DNA of 63,875 bases, the filler included, from Atractiella rhizophila (Eukaryota), in NCBI GenBank assembly GCA_021432655.1. It is 7 parts of 7 records of this genome, joined end to end, with 100 filler letters (N's around TTAATTAATTAA, not from the genome) between each part and the next. Parts side by side here need not be neighbours in the genome. Positions count along the whole stretch, not along the records: positions 24,928 to 39,081 come from MU271965.1; 6 more parts are not named here. One strand, 5' to 3'. Position 1 is the first letter of the stretch. Every line of letters starts with the position of its first letter. This document shows, one piece after another, positions 24,999-37,575 of this stretch. Position numbers and translations under genes: made by a program. The notes beneath the pieces were generated by a model. It saw nothing but the letters and a program-made list of their open reading frames with translations. It was not told the DNA's origin and did not search any database.

Positions 24999-25917
24999 GA
25001 ATCATTCTACTCCAAACAAATGATAGTCGCCGATCGTGAAATGGTCGAAAGCGACGAAGGCTGCGACTCCATCCTTTCCGGCGCTGATGTGGACGATGTT
25101 TCGTTCTTGGTCGTCGGGGATCCATTCGGGTTCGTCTGGTCCCTTTTAATCGACTCCAAGCAGACATTTATGTGAGGATAGTGCGACGACACACGCAGAC
25201 ATCCTGCTGAGAGCGAGAAAACACGAACCGCGAATTAGAGTAGAGATCATTCATAATGCATCAATAATGAACGCGATAGGTGCTGCTGGTATGTCCCATC
25301 CTCACCCCCTCCGGCTTCCGCTCAAAGGCTGGTGGGAATTTAGGGCTCCCATTGTACGACTACGGACCAACCGTCTCCATTCCTTTCTTCACCGACAGCT
25401 GGCGTCCTTCTTCATGGATCGAGAAGGTCGAGCAGAACCTGCAGAGAGGATGCCATACGCTCTGTTTGCTGGATATCAAAGTGAAGGAGATCAGCGAGAT
25501 GAACCTAGCCAGGTCTGTCCTAGATGCTCTATCCTCCTCCATCCTCTTGTTCGACTGCAGATTTAGAGATAGCTCACTCTTGTTTTCGCCTCTGGTGATT
25601 GAAGGGGAAAGAAGATCTACGAGCCTCCACGGTTCATGAATCCGACGACGGCGTTGCAACAAATGCTCGAATGCATCGAGGTGCGATCGACTTCAGCGGG
25701 CGAGGAATCCACTCCATCCCTATCCAAGCTATCCCCGAAGAATGAGGTGATAACCGCTTCACGAGTTGGTTCAGAAACGGAACAGTTTTGTCGTGGTACA
25801 ATCGAGGAGTTGGCTGCCAGGGAGGGGGAAAGTTATGGCGAGCCGTTGCATTGTTTGGTCGTTGTGTGCGGTGAGACTGTTGGACCGGTGGAGAGAGAAT
25901 TATTGGATGCTATCTGA
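24999..25917 (+). CDS. DPH5: Diphthine methyl ester synthase, 5' end missing
   Basis: [66 protein letters not shown]. Confidence 0.93.
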
Positions 25918-26027
25918 ATTTGATACGGCTAAGAGACAAGCAGGAATAGACAAAACGGAAGACGAATGTATTGATACAAATGCGATGCTATTTACAATTT
26001 CCATCACAGTTGGACATGGAATCAATA

Positions 26028-27088
26028 TCAATATACTGGGCCTAACCACTTTTTCCTCTCCACTTCGTCCTTGATGTCCTTTTCGATCTCAGTGCAAAAC
26101 AGTTCAAGCGGCAAATCGTTCTCTGGATTATTATAAGCATCCTTTAACTCCAAGCCGGACCAGAAAGAACACATACCTTCGTAGCCAAACGGATCGGAGA
26201 GCTCTCTGGCGATCCCTTCCACTCCAAGAAACACGAAAGCAGTCACAGCTTCGACGGGTACGGCGTATAGACCGAGAGAGGGGACTATCTGCAGAGGTAC
26301 GCAAAGGAGGTAGAGGAAGAGGACCTGTTGGAGGTGGATGGCAAGGGCGAGGGGAATGGGAGTACTTTTGATCTTTTCGGCGGTGTTGAGGAGGTTGGAG
26401 AGCGTGGATACGTTTCCGGAGAGTTCGGGAGCGGCGTATTGGAGATAGGAGAGGATGGAGAGAGGGAGAGAGGTGGTACGATCGATGCGGGAGAAGAACT
26501 TGAAGGATTTCAGCGGCTGCAGGGAGGGATGGTCCGTTCCGGTTTCACCGCGAAGGTGGTGCCTGATAAACATCAGTATTCATGTAATGTTGGATACGGA
26601 TAGAGAAAGACGTACTTGACGGCGTGGGGATACATCCCAAGGATGGTGAACACCTCCTCTCTCTCCACCTTCAGCCCACGGACAATGTTGCGAATCTCCC
26701 CTCTCAAGTCGGCAAAGACCCTCCTGCCTTCGTGCCACCTGTCGCTCGAAGAATTGCTCCGGAAGCTGATTAACAATCCAACCTTTATAGTCCAAATCAA
26801 TCGATTCTTCCTCAGACTTGGGAGAGAATATTATTGAGGACGCACGACGAGACTCAGCAACCCGACTACTCCGCCAGCACCGCCGAGAGAGAGGACGCCT
26901 TGAAGCAAATAAAGGACGTAGGTGTACAAGGAAAAGAAGAGAACTGGCCCTCTTAGTCCTTCTGAGCGAAGGATTGAACCATGCATGCGAAGGAGAAGGG
27001 GTGAGAACCCAAGTGGGAGCAATGCTCCATGCCGACCTGGACGAATGCCAGTCGTTGGTTTCTGGGCTGTTGCTTGCGTCGTAGCCAT
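26028..27088 (-). CDS. Bestrophin / UPF0187-family anion channel
   Basis: LLISFRSNSSSDRWHEGR, EKIKSTPIPLA, GVEGIARELSDPFGYE|NDLPLELFC, and several hydrophobic helices. Confidence 0.88.
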
Positions 27089-27869
27089 TGCGATATTTGG
27101 GTGAGCTTGGTGTTGAGGAGCTAAGAGTGGATGTTGCCTTATTATAATGTACGGAGAGTTGTGTTGGGCGAGCTGCATGAATGCATGACGTCCCACGGTT
27201 CCAATTTCGGCGGCGTCATTGGGAACACGTCGACATTTCGACTACGTAATGTGGTTTTCAAGTTTCGAAGTCAAGGTCTGGGATAGTTTGAAGGGTGAGG
27301 GGAAGGACTAATGTAAATGCGATGTAGATCGAAGTGAGTTATGTAGTATGCAGTTGCTGAATCTCGGCTGAATGATAGTCGAATGCCAAAGTTGCTCGTT
27401 ACAAGGGAAGGATCATCGGATACAAAAAGCTAATATGACAACATATCGAATTCGAAACGTCGTGATCTTAATTTTCGAGCCTGAGCTATTAGTATCGATT
27501 AGTAGATTAGTAGGAGAAGTGAGCAGTGGCACCCACCAGTACCGACGCATTATGAAGTCGTAACGCCAAAAACTAATAGCCCCAACCGCAGCAAAATCCC
27601 AATATCCATCCAATATCCAATCCCTGGTTGTCGCTTTCGCACTTCTGCTCCTGTTCTATCGCTTTTTTCATACTTCTACTCGTGCCGAAAGCTCTTGGCC
27701 ACTTCGGCATCTCCAACATCTCCACGATCTCACATCGGCACACGAGATGATCCTCCTGAACAGTTTCTCTCTCGGCCGCCTCCTAAAACGGCGCTGAAAC
27801 TCATCAGCCCCTACTTGACCACTTCCAACCCAAGTCGTTTTCCAGTTTGCTGCAAGATTGCAGAAAGCC

Positions 27870-30282
27870 ATGGCACCCGCCGTGCCGTTCGCCCTCCCAG
27901 TACCCGACAGCGTCAATGTCATGCTGAATGCCATCTGGACCTCATCGTCTTACGTCCTGGGGATACTGGCAGTTCCTCTCACGGTTATCGTCGTATCTTG
28001 CATCTATGTCGAACTTCGCCGACCTCGGAATCTCCCGCCGTACCCTGGAGCGAGACCGTTGCCCTTCCTTGGCCATAAGCTCAAGGTACCCACTTCCAGG
28101 AGCTGGCTTTGGTTCAAGAAGATGAACGATGAGTACGGGGATATCATCACCGTTTACGATTCCAACGTCCCGAGAATAGTAATTGGACATCCTCAGGTCC
28201 GCCTCATCTTTCATCTTTCACTGTCACGAGGACCTAAACTGATGGCGGGAGTAGGTCGCCATCGACCTGTTGGAGAGGAGAAGCCACAAATATTCTTCCC
28301 GCCCTCGCTTCGTCGCCGCCGGAGAGCTTCTGCTTGGTGGTAAAGGCATGGTGCGCATTTTTTCTTCGTCTCCTCTGTCCAACGGAAACAGATGGCTAAG
28401 GACGAAACGTTCATAGGTGCATGCGCCATATGGAGATGCTTGGAGGGCACAGAGGAAGGTGTTCCACATGGCCATGATGCCAAAAGCGACAGATTCATAC
28501 CTCCGTACGCTCTCTTTATCCGCCTTGTCACTCCATTCTCTTCTTCAACAATTCACTGACTGTGTTTGCATAATGTAAATAGATATCATGGAAATGGAAG
28601 GCAAGCAACTGGCACTGCACCTCGTCCGAGATGGTGCGAAGGATTGGTATGAAGAAATTTATCGGTCCGTCCACGCTCTGCGTTTGTTGCAGACTGGAGC
28701 TTAAGAGGTTGGGATCTGCAGATACACCGCGTCGCTCATTGTTTGCATCTCTTACGGAAGGAGGATCACGGACACGAGGACCGACAAGGCTTACCAGAAA
28801 CTCAATCAGAGTCTCTCCTTCTTTATCCGCGTCAAAGTGCCTGGAGCTCAGTGGTACGCTCCTCTGCCTCCTTCCACCGCCCCTGCTTCTCACCAAAACG
28901 GCTCGGAAAAGGTTCGAGATTTTCCCATTTCTCGCTAAACTCCCATCGTTCCTCGTCCCTCTCAAACGGGATGCTTTGAAATACAGAGAGATGGGACGCG
29001 AGAACGCCAGGGAACTAGTAGAAGAGGTAAAGAGGAAAGTGAAGGCGGGAAATGCGCCAGAGAGCTTCTGTCGAGAGCTTTTGGAGATTAGAAACGAGCT
29101 GGGGTGGGAGGAACTGGGGTTAGATGACATCGGTCCGTCTCTCCTCCTGTTTTCCCTCCACGAATTGTTGAGAGCCATGCTGATTCGATTGCTGATGGTC
29201 AGATTTTAATGGAATGCCTGCTTCGCTCTTCGGAGCGGGAATCGACACCACTTCTTCCATCCTCCAGTCGCTGGTCCTCGTCATGGTCAGCTTTCCGGAG
29301 GTTCAGAAGAAGGTCCACGAAGAAATGGATCGTGTTGTGGGGGATGGCAGGAGCCCCAACTATAACGACAAGGATGATTTGGTGTATACCGAAGCTGTGA
29401 TTAAAGAAACTGTACGTTTTCGCCCCCTTCTTCAATCTTGAGATGGTCGCGCTGATAAGAGGCACGTGCGCCCACAGATGAGGTGGAGACCGGTGGCAGT
29501 CCTTGGAGGGACCCCGCATGCTTCAACTGAAGGTAGGAGCTAATGCTTCAAAGACAGAACATTGCTCATTGTAGTGGGACAGATGACTGGTATGAACACA
29601 AAGGAAAGACGTATTTCATCCCCGCTGGATCCATCGTGTTTGTTACTATTCCTCCTACTTGTAGGCATGTCGGAACCTGACAGAAGAGGTGACACAGGCA
29701 AGGAAACATGTGGTCTATCCACCAGAATAAGGAAGTGTACCCTGATCCGGAGAAGTTTGACGTACGTTACGTTACTGTTGAGGATTGGATGTTTGAGACA
29801 AGATTGGTCATGGAACAGCCCGAACGTTTCCTCCATGGACAGGAGTATCCGTCAACAAATAATCGTGGGCATAGCTCTTTTGGATGGGGACGGTGCGTTT
29901 CCACGTCCTGCTCTGACACCGTCTAACATATCATTGACGGAACGCAGACGGGTGTGCCCTGGCCAACACTTTGCTGAGCGTTTGTTGTCTACTTTTATGA
30001 CTTCGCTGTCATTCATTTCTATTTGATGTAGGCTCTCTCTTCCTCACCGGGTCGCGTCTCCTTTGGGGCTTCAACTACTCGCCTTACATCAATCCGGAGA
30101 CGAAAGAGCCAGAGTATCCAGATACCAGCATGGAGACTGGTTACAAGCCCACTTTCAACACTAGGCCATACCAGTTCAAATGTGTCATCGAGCCGAGGAC
30201 TGAGAAGATCAAGCAGACAATATTGCAGGAGGCGGCGGAGGCGAAAGAAGGATTGAAGGTGTATGAGGAGAATAGGGAGTAA
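27870..30282 (+). CDS. Cytochrome P450, multi-exon
   Basis: N-terminal anchor plus PPYPG, I-helix GAGIDTT, KET|MR (ExxR), PERF, heme motif FGWGR|RVCPG. Confidence 0.95.
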
Positions 30283-30518
30283 TGATCTTGCAGTGAAATA
30301 GCAGGAATTTCGAAGGTACAAGGGAGACGATGGATGTCGGGAATATACATCGTCCTGAATCGGCAATCTTGTTTTTATTATCATGATGCAAGGGTACAAC
30401 AGATGTCCTTGTGCGCTTGAAACCCCTTAGAGACCTTGTCAATCGTGAAGGAATTTTGAGGAGATACCTTGGATCAACCTTGCAATGAGCGAAGTCAGAT
30501 TTGTGGAAAAGCTTACAC

Positions 30519-31653
30519 CTATTTCGGCACATGTCCGGCGAGGGAGGCTTGCAAATCTCTAGGGAATTCGTCCTGTTTTCTTCTCGTGAATCCACCACTA
30601 CACACACGTGCAGTTAGATTTGGCGCTAGGTAGGGCAGAGGAAAGATTACTCAAGGCAGATGTCTTGTCCTGTCAAGAAGCCGCTCTGCTCGTTATCAAG
30701 TAGAAACCAAGCTAGCTTTGCAACATCCTCCCCTCGTCCAACGCGTCCTGTCAGCATCTGGAAATGGTAAGGCAGTGAAATAGCAGGAGGTGTGTCCACC
30801 GCTGGCGGAAAGCGTGTGATGCTCTTTTGTCGGCCGGACGACACGTCGATGTACCTGGTGAGCGACAGTTAGGGATGGAAGATAAAATAATTTGGCCGAC
30901 CCCGGCTGCCGTCTGTTTCAGTTGTGGTAGAGATGATATGGCAGAAACGCACAGAGATACAGTTTACACGCAATCCTTTAGCACCCATGCTGGTCGCCAG
31001 TGCATGAGTGAGCGCCGAAACTCCTCCCTTTGACGCTGCATACCCCTCCTGCAGTGGATCACTAAAATGTGCCCTCACACTACTGATATTGACGATGGCA
31101 CCTTTCCTCGTCTCTAAGTAAGGTGCACAATGTTTCGCAAGCAGGAAGCTCCCCAAAACATGAACCTATCCAACTTTTTCAGTTCAGACAAACGTTAGGA
31201 CAAGACGGTATAACATGCTTCCTGATAACGCAGGAATTCTTCGGCCGTCCAGTCGGTGAAGTCCGTTTTCTCACTCGCGTAACCATAGGCAAAGGGGATA
31301 CCAGCATTGTTCACAAGACCATCAAGACCAGGACCCCATTGCCTCGAAATTATTTCGACTGAATGCCTAACTTCTTCCTCTTTGGAGACATCGCATTGAA
31401 GGAACAGAAACGTATCGGCAGAAAGCTTTGGACAACCTTCTGGCGGCGACCTAGTCAGGCGCTCTTCGAAAAGCTTCAGGGCATCTAAGTCCAAATCAAG
31501 TACAGCGATTCGCATGGGCTGTGGTAAAACAGTTGCTAAATGGTAGGTTACGAACGCTCCGATACCTGAGTTTGTGATCAGCTCGTCAAAACTTTGGTAG
31601 ACTGACGTACCATTGGCGCCTCCAGTGACAATGAAAACCTTTGGGGAAGTCAT
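30519..31653 (-). CDS. Classical short-chain dehydrogenase/reductase
   Basis: VTGGANG|IG, CDVS, LVNNAGI, IVNISSV, YAASK, LRVNCIS, FLTGQ. Confidence 0.93.
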
Positions 31654-32027
31654 GGTTGTGGCAATCCTGATGATGCACCACCCCTGTCTAATATCTATAC
31701 CTTCTAATAAACCCACACAGGAATGCTGACTCGGAATGCTTCTTCGGTTCAATCGTCCCATCGACGGCTTACGTCATCACTGATTCGTTGTTGACCTCCA
31801 TGGCACAGTCGGGTTGTAACGAAGGAACTGGATTGGAATTGGAAGGAATATAATTAACACGTTGACGTACGGATTGCGAAAGTATGCACAGCGACCAAGC
31901 ACCCAAGAACAAATAAGTTATTGTGAAGAGAGGGAATGGCAATGTCAAACGAACACCTGAGGCTCAGTTGTGAATACTGTGCGCGGAAACAAGTATAAGC
32001 GCAACTTACCTATACACTTTAAGCCAT

Positions 32028-34116
32028 TCATCCTTCTTGGGCTTCATCTCCCCACAGGTCTCCTTTCTCCTCTCCTTTTTCATCGTCATCGTCCTCTTCC
32101 TCTTCTGGTTCAGACTTTGCGACTTGAATTCCCGGCTTTGCGAGGACAACCATCTTGTTGGATGTCTCCTCTGCGCTTTCTTCTGCTGTGGTTGAAGTCT
32201 CTTGTGCTGTAGTCGACGAAGATGATGGTTCTTCGCCGCAACCACAATCATATTTGCCTTCCAGCTCGTTGCAATCGAATTCGTCCTTTTTAAGGGAGAG
32301 GTTCACCTGTAGCCATCTCAGCGACATAACTAAGGGAAAGCCGATGCATACTTGGTTATGCAGGAAGCAGAGCCAAAGTCCCGCTTTGTCTCGAGAGCTT
32401 GTTTGCGGCGGATACTGTGAAAGAAGCGATTGAAAATGCTCTGCACTGCTCATCCTTTAGCGATTCTATTCAATTGGGAAAATGCATCCCACCATTCGCC
32501 ACAGGGATACAGCCGACCCAGCAGGTGGAAGAAGTCGACAAATGTTTGCCGTTCGGAGGCTGTCGGGGTTTTTGGGAAGCTGTAGCAGAGTTATCAGTAT
32601 TGGATATGTTGAGAAGGACGATTGCTTACCGCTGTGCCATAGTATGCAAAAGCTATATGTTTCATTAACGAAGGTCCATTTGAGACAAAGAGGCTTCACC
32701 CACTTTCCAGGTTGCGCGACCAAGTTCTGCCCTACAGTCCTTCTCTGATTAGTTTTCCACTTATGAGAGAACTCTAGAGTTGCTTCACAACGGAATGCGG
32801 CTGCGGTTTTGCATGATCCCGAGCAAAATTTAATTTATCCAATTTTTTGATGCAACAAATTACAACCCGGCAGACTGGCAGACGCGGTGTGTGCAATGGA
32901 TCGGATATAGCATCCAGCAAGAAGTATCTCGCATCTTCCATGAAGAAGGGCAGATAAACCACACAAGTAGTGTACGTAAGTGTTCCCTACCCTTCAGGGT
33001 AGCGGGGATGGCATAAGCGACAGATCGCAAGGTACTCTTACCCTGATGGAAACCTATGCCAACCTGGCTCAAACACAAGCAAGACCTAATTCTTGGATCC
33101 CAAAGAGAGCTAAGGTCCCAGGAGGCCTAAATCTCGTCTCAATCACTCTTGCATATAGAATACGATGCACGAGCACATTTATACGGCATATATCCACTCG
33201 AATGCTGTCGCCTGACGAGGCATATCACATACTGGAATCACAGACTAGTTCAATGTTTAACAAAGGAATGTTAGCCCGAGACATTATATATCTATTTCAA
33301 TTTCAATCATTCCCTCCTTCAGTGTTTGCTGACATATCTTTATTTCTCAGCTATCGTCTAAGCCTCCAGAAATAACTTTGATCGATAAAATCATGAGACA
33401 ATAGCATCAAATGTAAAACAAAAGGCTCTTTTCATTGACAAAAACTTGGTGCAGGTCGTTCAACCGTATCTTTAGCGCTGCTTGGCAGGTTGAAACACCA
33501 AACGTCTTCTCTTGGCGCTTGAAATATAAGCAATGATTCCATTGGGACCGGTCACATTCGGGAACAGGATGGAGACTGCAAGCTGATGCTTAACACGGCA
33601 GTTTACGTGGGTTGAGAGTGGCAAACTGGCAATGCAGTTCCATGCCTGCCTCCTCACAACAAGTCCTCAAAAGTTCAAACTAAATGCTCGTCCCTCGTTT
33701 CCCTGAAAGAGAACAGAAGAAGTGACGTACCGCACAGTTTCATTCGCCATCTTGTCCATTATCACTCCTCCTTCCCACAATCCACTTCCGACGCCTCCAA
33801 CCATCCCTTGCAGATCTGTTTCTCCTCCATCTCCCCCATGGTCATGCTTCCCGCCGCCTCCACCACCGCTCCCCACCTCCTCATGATCCAAATCCAACAA
33901 CTCCACCTTCCCCTTCCCATCCTCCTCATCCTTCAAGACGCCGCCAGAGCCTCCAATGCCTACCACCCCAACCCTCCCCTTCCCCTCTGGCACATCGTAA
34001 ACAATTTCTGGATCGGGAGACGAAGGTATCTGTGATTTGAGATAGTAAAGAGTGGGAAGGAGGAGGAGGAGCGAGAGGAAGAGCAGGCGAGGGAGCAGAG
34101 GAGGGATGCGCGGCAT
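32028..34116 (-). CDS. ERV2: FAD-linked sulfhydryl oxidase (Erv2-type, N-terminal membrane anchor)
   Basis: Spliced GGVIMDKMANETVR|AELGRATWK|LLHTMAQR|FP..LYPCGEC|AEHF..WLCFLHNQ|VN..FDC..YDCGC. Has CxxC and the C-terminal CGC. First intron 32732-33730. Confidence 0.92.
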
Positions 34117-35398
34117 GTTCAGCGTTTGCGCCTGCGGTTACAGTAACGAGTGTTTCGTTCTTGGGAAGGTGTATGGCAGCTGGGTCGAGGAGCAAGGGTA
34201 TATATTTCTGAAGGAGTGGTCGTTTCGTTGTGTCGTTTGAATGGCCAAGACGCGCCAGGTTGATCAAGAACCTTGAACATGAAACTGCGTGTTCAACGAC
34301 CATAGCCAGCGACGAGAGAGTGGCAAGCTGAGATGAGGTTGGAATTAATGAATCTTCGGAAAGGATGTTGTTGAATAATAGCTAAAAGAACTAGAAAGAG
34401 AGCGAAAGTCTGGTGTTGGGAAGCGGAGTTGTGGGGGAGTGTCTTTAGATCGGTAAATCGGTAAATCTCCTCTTTTCTTCAACAGTTACAGGGGTGAATA
34501 AGACTGCTCACTTGTTTTGCTATCCAACTATTCTCATATCAAACGAGGCTAAGAACGGGTGTGTTTGGGGGTTTGATGACAAGTGGTTTTCCCTTATCAG
34601 TCTGACACTTTATCCGTGGCTGCTTGAAGCTTTAGCTCAACCATGTCCGAATACGTGCTTTATGACGCACGAAGGAACGAGTTCGAGACGCGGTTAGGAA
34701 GGTCGGGAGTTCGGGACGATATAGTGCTCACTCAATCCGATTGAGCCCAAGTGGCTGCTGGCACTCATGATGGTGCACGAGTCGCATTGACATATGCTCT
34801 GTGTCTTATCCGCTGTTGCCTGGAGGTATTATCACCCCTGCGCTCAAATTGCACGACCGGCAGGCTGATCGCGCTTGTGTCAGGTTAGATTGTTTACTTT
34901 GACAGAACTTGACCTGAAGTTGTTCAACCACAACACTCCTGCGTACATACAATTCGTTGCAATATCGTCAGAACCGTCTTCCCGTACGGTTTTTATCACT
35001 AAACTACAGAGGAATTCAGATAACTAAGGGGGCATACACAACCCTGCCAGAAATAGTGATTAGTTCAAAACACTCAAGCAGAGCACGTGTTGAGCTCTGC
35101 TGAGTACGAGCTGTGAGGCAAAAATACGGCTGCGAAGCACCTCCAAAGGCAACTTTCGACGACTTGCAGAGCAACCGTAGTCTTCCATAATGGAACTTAG
35201 CCAATTTCGTGTGAGCCATGAGTCATAGTTGCACCGGCACTTTTGTTTCTCCTTCACAGTTTTTCTTGCCTGCGGGCAGCATGCGGGGTGTGACGGATTG
35301 TTGGCTAGGCGAAGGATTAAAAACAAGTCTTTCGTCAGAAAATGTCGTTAAAAACCGAACATTCTCCACTGGTCAGCGTAAGTTTGGGAAACAGCACC

Positions 35399-37319
35399 AT
35401 GTTGTTTGAACCTGTCAGCAACTACCTACCTTCCAATCTTCGCCTCTTCGTATATGTCCCCCTTCTCTTCCTCCTCCAGTCTGTTTTGAGGAGCTTGTAC
35501 GTCGCTTTCCTAGGTCCACTTTCCAAGGTACCTGGCCCTTTCCTCTGCAAAATCACGGGAGCTGTGGACGCATACCAAACTCTAGCCAGTGGCAGGAGGA
35601 GTCCTTGGATCTATGATCTTCATCAGAAATATGGTGAGCATCCTCCTCTGTATCGATTCTCTCATTTAACGGATCGTTAGGTCCGGCAGTTCGAATTTCC
35701 CCTACGCTTGTGTCCATCAACGACCCTTCCGCTTTGAAACAGATTTACGGCGGGAAGTTCCTCAAGTCGAACCCTCGTTACTTTGGCAAGCACATGGATG
35801 GAACGGAACATATGCTCGTCCTCAACGAGTTCGACAAAGTCAAAGCTCGCCGTGGCATCCTCCTCCCGCTCTTCAACAAGGGCAACTTAGAAGGATTCGA
35901 ACCGGAACTGCACAAGTACACGAACGTGTTCTTGGATCAAGTAGAGAGGGAGATGAAAGTTGAGGGATCGGCGGACTTTTTCAGGTGGATGAGGTATGTT
36001 ATAGCGTCATGGACAGCTACCTGAGCGCTGATGAAGACCGTTCTCAGGCTGGTGGCTTTCGATATCATCTGTCAACTCGCTTACGGGTTGGACATGAAAA
36101 TGACGGAAACAGGAAAGGCGAATAAACTGGTAGAGTTGATGGAACAAGTCTACATCTACTGTGCGCGTTGCCTTACCCTCGCAATTGTGACTGACTATGA
36201 TAAAGTTGTCCTGAAAGATTTCGTCCCTGGCGTGTCTTACTTGGCGAATTCTGGCATCTACCCTAAACTTACGGATATCTCTCAAGCTGAACGCAAGTTT
36301 GTCTCTTACGGTGAGAAGGCGTACGCGGATGGACTGAAGGACGGATCCATTACCGACATTGATGACGGGAACCGTACGAACCTGCTCGAGAGTCTGCACC
36401 GGGCTAGCTTGCAAGATAAGCGAATTTCTCGGAAACATGTCGCTACTGAGGTGTGTCGCTTTGCTTCTTCTGAGAATGTCGTTTGTGAATGGCTAGAGGA
36501 TGCAGGCCGGTGCAATCATGATCGCTGGAAGCGACACAAGTAATTTGTTCATCCATACAATTTGTGGAGATTATACTAACAGCTACTGCAGCATCAACAG
36601 CGATGACCTACGCTTGCTGGGAACTTGCTCGCCGCCCAGAACTGCAGGATGCAATTAGAACTGAGCTGCGCTCCGTTGCGCACACTCCCACCACCTTCCC
36701 TTCTGGCAAAGATCTCGAGTCCCTCCCACTTTTCAACGGCTTTTTGAAAGAGATTCTTCGTCTATGGCCGACACTTCCTGGTCCCCTGGAGCGTTCTGTC
36801 CCTAACGGCGGGGCGATGTTAGGCGGCAAATTCCTCCCTGAAGGCACGGAGGTTACGATGCAAGCATACGACATACACAGAGACCGCAACATTTTCCCAG
36901 ACCCGCTGGCGTTGAAGCCGGAAAGATGGGAGAACGAGACAGCTGAGATGAAGACTGGGTTTATCCCCTTCAGTTATGGGTACGCACACACTTTCCTCCT
37001 TCTATTGGTTCGAGCTAACATTCTTCAGCCCGAGGAACTGCGTTGGCATGAAGTGCGATCTCTCGTTCTACAATTTGACCAACAATGCTGATAACCATTG
37101 TCAAGTCTGGCATGGTTGGAGATGCGGGTTTTAATGGGAGCCTTAGTCAGACGATTCTACATTAATCTCCATCCAGGGACAGACGAGGAAAGCATGCACC
37201 CGGAGGAACACTTCTTTGTGACGCCTAAGGCGATGGGTATGTTCCTCTTCTCGCAGTAACAAACGGTTCTTTAACGCTTCTTAGCTTGTCGGTTGCAGAT
37301 ACGACCCGTCGAGAAGTAG
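35399..37319 (+). CDS. Cytochrome P450, multi-exon (different family from 27870)
   Basis: PLSKVPGP, LHQKYG|PAVRISP, IAGSDT|T, KEILR, PERW, PFSYG|PRNCVG. Confidence 0.95.
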
Positions 37320-37575
37320 TAGCTCCATTTTTGTGTCAACTAGTGTTCAGAGATTGCAGATATGCAAATGTACTCAATATCTAACCGCAAAAGTCATTTT
37401 CAAGAGAATGCATTTGTGAGATCGAGGCGCAACTGCTAAAGTCACAATGTCTCTATGGAGCCACTAATCTTCGAATGCTTTTCAAAAACTTGGTGCAAAA
37501 ATCTTCGCCGCGTGCTTTTCATATGTGCCGACATGCAAAACGAATGCTCATGAGATGCCAACCATGGTGAACAAA

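Noticed and set aside
33010..33060. Hammerhead-like CTGATG..GAAA junction
   Set aside because: Core is CTGATGG with no stem II and no correctly placed UH cleavage triplet.
27870..37319. Two P450s plus SDR as a biosynthetic gene cluster
   Set aside because: No backbone enzyme, transporter or regulator on the contig, and housekeeping ERV2 is interspersed.
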